Origin: a virus
DNA: 64,000 nt
Virus record (IMG/VR): IMGVR_UViG_3300010367_000378
Location: 21,636 to 85,635 of that record
Reading direction: 5' to 3' (one strand)
This document shows positions 46,094-54,457 of the stretch, piece by piece. Numbering within the stretch: position 1 is the stretch's first letter; each line of letters begins with the position of its first letter. A program made the position numbers and the translations under genes. A model generated the notes under the pieces. The model did not search any database. It was not told the DNA's origin and saw only the letters and a list, made by a program, of their open reading frames with translations.

Positions 46094-46747
46094 TTAGCTG
46101 GTCGGCGCCGTGAACTGCTCGTAGAAGACCGTGCAGCGGATCGCGCCGGCGCCGGGGGTTCCGGTCGTCGTGATCACCAGCGGCGCCGCGGCGGCCTGGG
46201 TGGGACCCGCAGCCGTGGTGGTGACGTTCCCCGCCATGTGGGCGAGCCCCACCACGGTGGTGCCCGCCGTCATCGTCGAGTTGGAAGCGGAGAAGCGAGC
46301 CGCGGTCGTGCCGTCCCCCACCTGCCAGGCGGTCGCCGTCGTGATCGTGGTGGTGACGCGGCAGACCACCGCCTTGATCAGGGAGTTGGCCGGCAGGAGG
46401 TTCCCGGAGCTCGTGGTGGTGGTGCCGGAGGTCGAGAGGGTGATCAGCTCCGTCGAGTAGCTGCGCGTGTCGGCCGCCCCGTTGGTAGCCGCGAGCGTGC
46501 TGGTCAGGGCGGAAACCCAGGCGCCGGAATGCCAGACCCAGATCGCCCCCGTGTCGGTGGCCTCCCGGATCTCTCCCTCGTGGCGGCCCGGGGTGGACGA
46601 GAAGGCCGACGTCGCGATCGGCTCCCTGAAGGTGGTGTTGCCGAAGCAGAGCGGCGCGAGGCCGCAGACCTGGGCCGCGGCCGGCGCGGCGGTCAGGATC
46701 AGGAAGAAGGCGAGCACCAGGCCCGCAGCTCGAACGTGGGTCTTCAT
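46094..46747 (-). CDS. Signal-peptide-bearing head decoration/fibre-like protein
   Basis: MKTHVRAAGLVLAFFLILTAAPAAA leader; Thr-rich beta domain (LLPANSLIKAV..TTTIT..QVGDG); 4 Cys; inside the head module. Confidence 0.7.
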   Translation of the reverse strand: MKTHVRAAGLVLAFFLILTAAPAAAQVCGLAPLCFGNTTFREPIATSAFSSTPGRHEGEIREATDTGAIWVWHSGAWVSALTSTLAATNGAADTRSYSTELITLSTSGTTTTSSGNLLPANSLIKAVVCRVTTTITTATAWQVGDGTTAARFSASNSTMTAGTTVVGLAHMAGNVTTTAAGPTQAAAAPLVITTTGTPGAGAIRCTVFYEQFTAPTS

Positions 46748-46751
46748 CTGG

Positions 46752-47759
46752 TCAGGCTCCCGTAGTAGGGGTCGGGGTTTCGGTGACCACTTCGTCGGCG
46801 ACGGTGGCCGGTTCGTTCGCCGTCGTCTCGGCGCCACCGGCCTCGGCCGGCTCCGTGGTCTTCGACAGCGGCTCGACGACAGGCGTGACGGGGACCGGGG
46901 TCGGCGTCGACGCATCGGGCTCGAACTGCTCGCCCTCAAGCGCGGCGACGAACGCCTCACCGGTCTCGATCTGAGAGAGGGTCCACTGGGCGGCGAGAAC
47001 CGCGCGCAGCAGCCCCTCGACCGCGGCCTGGGGCGGCGGCTTGATGGCGGTGAAGCGCTGGAGCGAGCCGCCGAGGGCGGAATAGACCGTCCCGCCGGCG
47101 TCGACCACCGGCAGGCCGGCAATCAGGGCCGCAAGGCCGAGGGGACTGGAGTGGGTGACGGTCAGCCAGGAGCGGTCGAAGGCCTCCGTCGCCGAGGAGC
47201 CGGCGGGCAGGATCTCGTCGACTTCCTCGGTGCCCCGGGAGTCGTCCTCCGCCGCCGGCAGGTAGACGATCCGCGAGTCGCAGACCCGGCGAAGGGTGGA
47301 GACGGTCTCGTCGAACCACTCGGCGAGCTCCACGCGGGTCACGGTGGCGGAGGCCGGCTGGCCGAGGACCAGAACGACCTGCGCCTTGACCCGCTTCTTC
47401 ACCGCGACCTCGATGCCGAGAGCCTCGAGGCGCTCGGCGCTGTCCGGGGCCTCGGCGGCCGGGAGCCAGCCGGGGAGATCCCCCCGGACCACGAGGCGAC
47501 GACCCTCCTCGTGGAGGAGCGGCTCGCCGATCTGGAGGACAGGAACCTCAGCCTCACCGTAGTGCTGGGCGATCTCCGCCAGCTTCCCCCTCGTCCCGCA
47601 GGTCACGATGGCGTCGAAGCCGCCGGCGACGTTCCCCGCGGAGAAGGTGGCATGGTAGAGGTGCTCCGGCCGGTGACCGATGGTCTCCAGACCCTCCAGG
47701 ACGGCCGCCACGAGGGCGCTACCGTTGGGTCCGTAGACCCCGATCTTTAGCCTTTGCAT
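46752..47759 (-). CDS. Degenerate GT-B glycosyltransferase-like protein with Pro/Thr/Glu tail
   Basis: VVLVLGQP..IVYLPAA..LTVTHSSPLGLAALIAGLPVV resembles capsule-biosynthesis GT-B C-domains. Confidence 0.55.
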   Translation of the reverse strand: MQRLKIGVYGPNGSALVAAVLEGLETIGHRPEHLYHATFSAGNVAGGFDAIVTCGTRGKLAEIAQHYGEAEVPVLQIGEPLLHEEGRRLVVRGDLPGWLPAAEAPDSAERLEALGIEVAVKKRVKAQVVLVLGQPASATVTRVELAEWFDETVSTLRRVCDSRIVYLPAAEDDSRGTEEVDEILPAGSSATEAFDRSWLTVTHSSPLGLAALIAGLPVVDAGGTVYSALGGSLQRFTAIKPPPQAAVEGLLRAVLAAQWTLSQIETGEAFVAALEGEQFEPDASTPTPVPVTPVVEPLSKTTEPAEAGGAETTANEPATVADEVVTETPTPTTGA

Positions 47760-47793
47760 TTCCTGTCCCTCCTCTTGGTTTCCCGGGTTCCGC

Positions 47794-48864
47794 TTACGTG
47801 CTCCGGATGATCACGCCGGGCCCGAGCTTCGAGCTGGTCACCGCCTGGGTCCAGTTGCCGGCGGTGGCGAGGCCTGAGGAGTCGGGGTTGTCGGTCGCGG
47901 AGGAGTAGCTCATCCCCTTGACCTTGAGGGTGTAGGCCCAGTTCACCTGCAGGCGCCAGGTGATGTTGGCGGGGGCCGCGGCGACGGCGCCGGTGACGGG
48001 CCCAAAGACCCGGGCCTCGGGCTCGGTGTCCTCCACGTGGACCGCATCCGGGACGAGGCCCATCGTCAGGTAGTTGTCCGGGTTCGGGGTGGCGTCGAAC
48101 AGGCTGGGGTCGTCCGTGACGACCGGCACCCGGCCGCCCGTCCGCGTGGTGCCCTCGTAGATGGCGAGCTGGCCGGCGGCGAAGTTCTGGTTGACGATCG
48201 CGTCGCCGATCAGGTCGTGCCAGGGCTTGGAGTGCATGAAAAGGGAGACGATGCTGCTGCTGTGGTCGCCCAGCTTCGCGTACCCCGAGTTGAGGGCCGG
48301 GTGGTTGAGGGTCGGCGTGGCCGCGCCCGAGATGTCGAGGGTGACGGCAGAGCCGATGGCGCCGAACGCGCCGATGAGGGCGGCCAGGGCGGTGTTGAGC
48401 ATGTCCTTCGCCTTGAACTCGCCGAACTGGATGCCGGCGAGGCGCTGCCCCTCCTCGGTCCCGAGACCCAGGTCCAGGAAGTCCTGGTTGGTCCAGTCGT
48501 GGACGAACGAGCGGTAGACCTTGATGTCGGTGTACCCGACGTTCGAGAACAGCGCGGGGGTCACCGTGCCGGCCGAAGACGGGTCGCGGCGGGTGACCGG
48601 GGAAGAACCGGGGGCCGTGAAGAAGGTCGACTTCCGCCGGCGGCCGACAGCCGAGCCGCCGACCAGCCGGATGGCCCCACCGCCCGTGGCGTCGAAGCCA
48701 GTGATGATCTGGGACTGCCCCTCGTAGGAGCCGCCGCCGAACTGCTCGTCATAGAACACGAAGCCGGAGGGGCTCGCGCCGCGCGGGCGGGGAGAGCTCA
48801 GGTTCAGGCGGGCCGGCCACCGGCCGTTGCCACGGGAAAGCTGCTTCTGCATACGGGTCTCCAT
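47794..48864 (-). CDS. Major capsid protein
   Basis: RBS GGGGAGGA; FVFYDE..GAIRL..STFF..LNHPALNSGYAKLGD..MHSKPWHDL..GRVPVVTDDP..WAYTLKVKG..W pattern; follows the scaffold. Confidence 0.9.
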   Translation of the reverse strand: METRMQKQLSRGNGRWPARLNLSSPRPRGASPSGFVFYDEQFGGGSYEGQSQIITGFDATGGGAIRLVGGSAVGRRRKSTFFTAPGSSPVTRRDPSSAGTVTPALFSNVGYTDIKVYRSFVHDWTNQDFLDLGLGTEEGQRLAGIQFGEFKAKDMLNTALAALIGAFGAIGSAVTLDISGAATPTLNHPALNSGYAKLGDHSSSIVSLFMHSKPWHDLIGDAIVNQNFAAGQLAIYEGTTRTGGRVPVVTDDPSLFDATPNPDNYLTMGLVPDAVHVEDTEPEARVFGPVTGAVAAAPANITWRLQVNWAYTLKVKGMSYSSATDNPDSSGLATAGNWTQAVTSSKLGPGVIIRST

Positions 48865-48911
48865 CTGTCGATTCCTCCCCGGGCGCTCGCCGGCGACCGG
48901 TCGTTTGGGGT

Positions 48912-49877
48912 TTAAGCCGCCCGCCGGCCCGTCGCCGCCTGGGCGCGCTCGAGCAGGTCGTCGTCGACCATCTTCTGGGCGGCCTTCGCATCGGTCCGCC
49001 ACATCTCGCTCTTCTGCTTGTCGTCGAGTTGGGACCACTTGCGCCCCGCGTTGGGGTTCGTGGTGTTGACCGTCTCCGTCCCGCTACCCTGGCCCGCCGA
49101 GCGGAACAGGTACGAGAGCTTCGCGAGCGGCCCCTTGCCCTGGCGGGTGAGGAGCATCAGCTCCGCCGGGGTCATCATCCCGTCGGGGCTCGGGAGGACG
49201 CCGGTGGTGGGGAGCAGCGTGCCGTTGACGACGATCCGGGCCACCTGGCCCTCGATGCCGTCGACGGTGCGGGGCTCAATGATGCTCTGCATCGCCGAGA
49301 CGAGCTGGTCCCACGCACCCGGGTGGACGACCTGTGCGCTCTCCGGGATCGTGGCCAGAACGAGCTGGGCCTCCGTCCAGGCGCGCCGGTTGGCCTGCTT
49401 GAGATTCTCGATCTCCGTCGTGGCCGCCGTGAGCTTGTCCTCGCGGTCCTTGAGAACCAGCTTGTGCTCCTCCTCGAAGACCTTGTGCTTGGCCTGGGCG
49501 GCGGAGTCGACGTCGGCCTGGTACTTTTCGGGCTCCACGCCGTGCTCTCCCGCCTTGGTCTTGGTGCGGACGCCTTCCAGTTCAGCTTTCAGGCGGTCCC
49601 GCTCCTCGGCCGCGGCCTTCTTCTCGGCGAGGATCTGTTCCTTGTTGGCGAGGATCTTGGCCTTCTCATCCTCCGCCGTGGTCCGGGCTGCCGTAACCGC
49701 CGCGGTGATCAGCGCCTGCACCGCCGGGTTCGACGCGTCGATCACAGGCGTCGAAGGCTCGGCCGGGGGCTGCTGCTCACCCTCACCGCGAGGAAAGGGG
49801 AGCGTGAAAGACGGCCACTGGCCGGGCTTTCGGGAAACCGGATGGACGGGGCGATCGGCTAGGGTCCTGTTCAACAT
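48912..49877 (-). CDS. Capsid scaffolding protein
   Basis: RBS AGGAGG; coiled coil, acidic/basic, ends GQGSG..W..DDKQKSEM; directly upstream of the capsid gene. Confidence 0.85.
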   Translation of the reverse strand: MLNRTLADRPVHPVSRKPGQWPSFTLPFPRGEGEQQPPAEPSTPVIDASNPAVQALITAAVTAARTTAEDEKAKILANKEQILAEKKAAAEERDRLKAELEGVRTKTKAGEHGVEPEKYQADVDSAAQAKHKVFEEEHKLVLKDREDKLTAATTEIENLKQANRRAWTEAQLVLATIPESAQVVHPGAWDQLVSAMQSIIEPRTVDGIEGQVARIVVNGTLLPTTGVLPSPDGMMTPAELMLLTRQGKGPLAKLSYLFRSAGQGSGTETVNTTNPNAGRKWSQLDDKQKSEMWRTDAKAAQKMVDDDLLERAQAATGRRAA

Positions 49878-50094
49878 CTGCACACCTCCTGTAGCCGGCA
49901 CAGCCGACCTACAGATCCGGGGGACCGCGTCAGGAGCACCGCTCCTCCTCCCCCCTGGGTCACCAATTGCTGCCGGCCACAAGGCCGACGGTCGTTGTTC
50001 CGGTGGGAGATTCGCGAGGTCGCCCACCACTGAGATGAATTTCCCCAAGAATCCACTGCCCCGGGCGGCGAGACAACCGCGAAAACGAGAGTTG

Positions 50095-50457
50095 ATGTAC
50101 TCTTTTGTCCCAGACATGGAGAAAAGATCCTCGGGGAGGAAGTTGGAGCGGTCCAAGAGGGCAGCCCTGTCAGAGGCGCTCGCGAATGCGCGTGCCGCAA
50201 AGGGTTGGTCCCAGGACCGTGTCGCCGAGGAGGCAACGTCTGCTCTCCGGCTGGCCGCCATCAATGAGCCCGAAGCCTCGGTCGAGGAACGGGAGATGTG
50301 GGCCAGCATCGAAGTGACCCGGCACCACGTCTTCAAGGTGGAGAACTCGCCCGCCAACCCGATCAGCACCCTCGAGCGCCGGGCCCGGCTCCTCGGGCTG
50401 ACGTTGGCGCTCGGGGTCGACCGCAGCCTGATCAACCGGCTTGCCGGGGGGCTCTGA
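50095..50457 (+). CDS. XRE-family HTH regulator (start 50095 or 50116)
   Basis: LSEALANARAAKGWSQDRVAE..VTRHHVFKVEN..LGLTLALGV. Confidence 0.75.
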   Translation: MYSFVPDMEKRSSGRKLERSKRAALSEALANARAAKGWSQDRVAEEATSALRLAAINEPEASVEEREMWASIEVTRHHVFKVENSPANPISTLERRARLLGLTLALGVDRSLINRLAGGL

Positions 50458-50458
50458 A

Positions 50459-50648
50459 GATGGGATGGCGGATTCTCTGGCTATGGCATTTCTTCGTCTC
50501 CTGCATCGATCGGGAAGGACAGCCGCGGGCGTGGGCCAGCGGCGCTTCTCAGGGCGGGAGGAGGCTCTTCTGGATCTGCGAATGCGGAAGATCCCATGAA
50601 GGTGCTCCCCCAGCCTGGCCAGAACGGCTGGGGTCCCCTTCCTCGTGA
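50459..50648 (+). CDS. Small Trp/Cys-rich protein
   Basis: ATG next to the XRE stop; MGWRILWLWHFFVSC..WICECG. Confidence 0.45.
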
Positions 50649-50746
50649 GCGTCCGAGCACGCGTCCGGTGGTGGAAGACCGGGCACGTCCGGCGCCGGCC
50701 ATGGTGGGCCTGGCGCGCCGAATACCTGCGCAGGGAAATCGGATGA
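50645..50746 (+). CDS. 33-aa Arg/Trp-rich peptide
   Basis: GTGA and ATGA coupling; MSVRARVRWWKTGHVRRRPWWAWRAEYLRREIG. Confidence 0.4.
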   Translation: MSVRARVRWWKTGHVRRRPWWAWRAEYLRREIG

Positions 50747-51174
50747 AGCCCGTCAACCAGACGCTCCACGGGGAGGTCGGGAACTGCTTCGCTGCCTGCC
50801 TGGCGTCCCTCCTAGAGCTCCCCATCTCCGAGGTCCCCAACCTGGCCGTGGACGGCCTGCCGCCCTTCGATCCTGACGATCATCTCCGGTGGGCAAGGGC
50901 CTTCTACCAGAACGTCAACCGCTGGCTGGAGCCCCGGGGCCTTTTCTATTTCGAGGTCGGTTCACACGGCGGGGTCCCCCAAGAGATCTGGGAGGCGATT
51001 CCACCGGACGGCTACTGGATCGGGATTGATCCAGAATATGGGCCTCATGGGCACGCCGTTGTAATGCAGGGCCGGGAGATGGTCCACGATCCGCACCCCA
51101 GCCGGGCCGGGGTTCGGGAAATCTGGTCGGTTGGGCTCTTGATCCCTTTGGACCCGGCGAGAACTCGGGCTTGA
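50743..51174 (+). CDS. Papain-like (C39-like) cysteine peptidase-fold protein
   Basis: NQ..GNCFAACLASLL..GHAVVM..VHDP gives the Q/C/H/D order. Confidence 0.65.
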   Translation: MKPVNQTLHGEVGNCFAACLASLLELPISEVPNLAVDGLPPFDPDDHLRWARAFYQNVNRWLEPRGLFYFEVGSHGGVPQEIWEAIPPDGYWIGIDPEYGPHGHAVVMQGREMVHDPHPSRAGVREIWSVGLLIPLDPARTRA

Positions 51175-51708
51175 GCCTGGAAGCGCCGACGCTGGTCCGC
51201 CGCCCTCGCCTTCCCGGCCTCCCCAAGGGCTGGCACACGAAGATCTCGATCCACCCGTGGAAGATCCCGAAGCCATTTCTTCCGAAAGGCCACCAGCCGG
51301 AGGTCTTCCTCGTGGTGCGGGTCTACGATGACCCGGAGGCCATGTATAGAGCCTTCCGCAAGCTCTCGAAGAAATGGAGCAGAAAATCCGGCCGCGATGA
51401 CTTCGCGGGGGCCGTGATCCCGACGCCGCGCCGGCGATCCGGACGCCTTCTCCATCAAAAAGCCGTTCGCGGAAGTCTTTCTCCTCCGGTCGGCATTGTG
51501 CTCGGAGGTCATCGCCCACGAGAGCGTCCACGCGGCCACCGCTTACCTGCGGGGTCTCCGCTGGGTGCGCGGGAAGGGGATCGAGCTCTCCGTCGGGCCC
51601 TGCGGTGGTTTTCCGCGCGAGGAGAGAGTCGCCTACCTGGCGGGGCAGTTCGCCGGCGCAATCCAGTCCGCGCTGGTAGAGGCTCGGGTGTGGAGCGGCC
51701 GGCCATAG
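51171..51708 (+). CDS. HExxH zinc metallopeptidase-like protein (frameshift between ~51418 and 51470)
   Basis: N-half from TTG 51171; +1 frame gives FAEVFLLRSALCSEVIAHESVH..EERVAYLAG. Confidence 0.55.
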
Positions 51709-51752
51709 AGGAGAGGCGTATACTCTGGCCCGTCGACCCCAAGGAGATCGCG

Positions 51753-51875
51753 ATGAAGAAGAAGCCGCTGTTCGGGGGCAAGAAAGCCGCCCCCTTCGGG
51801 AAGGGTGGTGGCCGGAAAGGGAGTCACCCCAACACGGCCAAGGGGACGCCGCGAAAGAGCAAGGCCAAGAAGTAG
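51753..51875 (+). CDS. 40-aa Lys/Gly-rich basic peptide
   Basis: RBS AAGGAG; MKKKPLFGGKKAAPFGKGGGRKGSHPNTAKGTPRKSKAKK. Confidence 0.65.
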   Translation: MKKKPLFGGKKAAPFGKGGGRKGSHPNTAKGTPRKSKAKK

Positions 51876-51887
51876 GTCAGCAAGCCG

Positions 51888-51907
51888 CCCTCGTCAGACC
51901 ACGAGGG
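51888..51907 (-). promoter_or_regulatory. Candidate bacterial SECIS hairpin (alternative: terminator)
   Basis: CCCUCGU-GGUCUG-ACGAGGG; apical loop begins 21 nt after the UGA. Confidence 0.5.
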
Positions 51908-52757
51908 TTTCCCAGCAGCGTCAGCCATAGTCCAGGCTTGGCGGGTGCTGGACCTTCATGATCTGGAACAACGCCTCGAGCGGGATCGGTCCGACCGCGG
52001 CCTGCGCCCGGTGAAGCGGCCGGACACGTCCATCGCCCTGTGTCCTCCAGACCTTCTTCGCCGTCGGAGGAATGCTTCCTGTCTTCTTCGCCTCGAGCCA
52101 GCTCTGATGCCGGCCGAAAGAAACCGATTCGATGAGCCCGCGGTCGGCAATGGCCTGCGCCCGCAACGCCTTCCCGGCAGCCGCTCGTTCAGCGACGCCG
52201 GCTGATACCTGCTCTGGAGTCAAAGAGCTCGCAGAGGCTCCAGCCCGCCAAGCTTCGACGCGGGCCGCCTGCTTCGGGGTGAGCCCGATGACAGAACGGA
52301 TTTCTTCCCGCAGTCGGCGCAGCGTCTTGAGGCTTTGATTTCCGACATACTCCTGGGCCGCTCGGCCGATCGACTGGCGGATGCCCGCCCTGGTCACGGC
52401 GTCTATCCCCTCGGCCAGGTCAACCGCCAATTGCCGGCCGAACTCCGAGGCGAGCTCCCCGACCCTGGCGCTGAGGGCTGGTGCTGCTGCAGAAGGAAGA
52501 AGGGCGATTCCCTGTTCGAGTCCGGTCTCGACGAGGCTGTGTTCCACCGCCGAGAGCGCCGCTTCGAGACGGGAGCGGGCTGCGATCCATTGCGGGCTGT
52601 TCGTGAGGGGGTTGGGGGAACCCGTCTTAATCCCTGCGTCAATCCGGGCCGCTTTGACGTCCGCCTCGAGGCTGGAGGTGTAGTCCTCGATCGCCGCTGC
52701 CAGGGTGGTCAGCTCATCCTCCAGGCCGGCGTAGGGGTCCTCCTCGACGGCGGACAT
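51894..52757 (-). CDS. MuF/SPP1 gp7-like head morphogenesis protein with in-frame TGA at 51921-51923 (candidate selenocysteine)
   Basis: KKVWRTQGDGRVRPLH..HPPSLDYG-TGA-RCWETLVV-TGA; read-through restores the family CRC motif. Confidence 0.75.
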
Positions 52758-52762
52758 TCAAC

Positions 52763-54442
52763 TCACGTCCCGATGAAGGATTGAGTCCTGGCCAGCGCCG
52801 AGTTGTCCGCCGCGGCAGCAGGATCAGCACCCCCCGGGCCACCCAAGGCCGCCCTGTTGGCGGCGTCCCACGCCAGCTCCGAGGCAACGTCGAACGTCTG
52901 CTGGTCCACGTCGCCGGCGCGCTTCGCCTCGGCCCAGTAGTTCTTCGGGCTCATCTTGTCGGCCACGAAGAGGGCATGGAGCCTCTCCATCCCGGTGTTG
53001 GGCAGGCCGAAATCGTGAGGGATCGAGACGGCGCCCCGCTTGGGGAGCCCTCCCAAGAGCGCCATGAGGTCGAGAATCCTCTTCCAGGCCTGCTCTTGAA
53101 AGATCACCCACATCTCCAGCGCGGAGGAGGCCTGCACCCCCTGGAGGGTGATCTCGCGGGCGGTGACGGGCCCCGTGGGGCGTTCGACCTGGATCTGGTG
53201 GTGAGCCTTCTCGATGAGGGCGATCTTCCACTCGACGACTTCCATCACGGACTTCAGCGCCGTCCCCTGCATCTCGGCGATCGTCAGCGTTGCAGCCGCC
53301 TCCGTGGAGACGAAGAACCGAGTTCCCCTGGTATCCGGCAGCAGCGGCTTCTTCGTAACAGGATCGAGCCCGACACCGCTCTGGTGGACGAACGCGATCG
53401 TCGCTTCCCGGGCCAGGTTGAGCAACTCGCTGTTGTGGTTCCAGATCGTGTTCTGGGTCCACGCCGTGTCGAGGAAGGGACAGTGGCCGCGGTAGGGTCC
53501 CTTGCGGTCGGTGTAGTGGGGAACCAGCGGGATATCGAGGAGCTCATCCAAGGGGTTGTCGGGGAGGATGAAGCCGCGCTTGGTCGTGTCCTCAACCCAC
53601 TCCCCCTTCGAATTCTTGACGTAGAGTTGGGTCCTGACCTTCCGTTCGTCGCTCCCCTTCTCGGCATCTGGATTACCGGCCGTCACCACCTTGCAGGCGG
53701 GCGTCGCGTCGTCCACCCAGGCGTCGGGGTCCGCAACGTCGACGGTCGTGATCGGCTGGTCGAGAACGATCTGCTTCAGGCGCGGGACTCCGTTGCGGGT
53801 CTCGAGCGTGATGCGCCGAACATGACAGCGCCGGAATTTCGTGACCCGCGGTTGCGCCCCTGCTGCTCGCCGGCTTGCGGGATCGGGAAACTGCCGGGGG
53901 TCGTTGTCGACGAAAGAGAACACGACCCCCTCAAAGAGCGCGTCGGCGAAGGTCTCGGCGGCGTACTCGTCCAGGTTCTGCCCCTCGGCCGTCAGGGTAT
54001 CGACCCACCCAGGCGTCCGATGCACCAGCTCCCCAGAGGGTCCCATCTCGGACTTGCCGGCAAGCTCCTCGTCGTAGCCGGCGATGGTGATCCGGGAGCG
54101 GAAGGGGAGGCGAGCCGTCGATCGGATCGACTCGGCCCAGGGGTTCGGCATGTCCGAGCGGTTGACCCGGCGGAAGTAGAGGGTGTCGGTGAGCCCTGAT
54201 ACGGCAGAGGCGGAGCTCACGGCGCCAGCCGTCGCCGATGGGCCTCCGCCGACCGTGATCACTTCCATCTCGCCCGGGTTCGGCCACATGAAGCGGAAGC
54301 CGCGGGCGTGCTCCCGCATAGCGGTTACGCCCTCCCTCAACGCCACGGCGAGGAGGTGCGCCTCTTCGTCCTTCCGAATCCAATCGCTCTGTTCATCGAC
54401 ACGGCGACGGACCGGACCGTCGGCAGCCTTTGGAGTTTTCAC
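52763..54442 (-). CDS. Portal protein (DUF4055-like)
   Basis: Follows TerL; DAEGQNLDEYA..ALFEGVVFSFVD..IPLVPHY..CPFLDTA..IWNHNSE. Confidence 0.9.
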   Translation of the reverse strand: MKTPKAADGPVRRRVDEQSDWIRKDEEAHLLAVALREGVTAMREHARGFRFMWPNPGEMEVITVGGGPSATAGAVSSASAVSGLTDTLYFRRVNRSDMPNPWAESIRSTARLPFRSRITIAGYDEELAGKSEMGPSGELVHRTPGWVDTLTAEGQNLDEYAAETFADALFEGVVFSFVDNDPRQFPDPASRRAAGAQPRVTKFRRCHVRRITLETRNGVPRLKQIVLDQPITTVDVADPDAWVDDATPACKVVTAGNPDAEKGSDERKVRTQLYVKNSKGEWVEDTTKRGFILPDNPLDELLDIPLVPHYTDRKGPYRGHCPFLDTAWTQNTIWNHNSELLNLAREATIAFVHQSGVGLDPVTKKPLLPDTRGTRFFVSTEAAATLTIAEMQGTALKSVMEVVEWKIALIEKAHHQIQVERPTGPVTAREITLQGVQASSALEMWVIFQEQAWKRILDLMALLGGLPKRGAVSIPHDFGLPNTGMERLHALFVADKMSPKNYWAEAKRAGDVDQQTFDVASELAWDAANRAALGGPGGADPAAAADNSALARTQSFIGT

Positions 54443-54457
54443 GATGGGTGAATGGTA

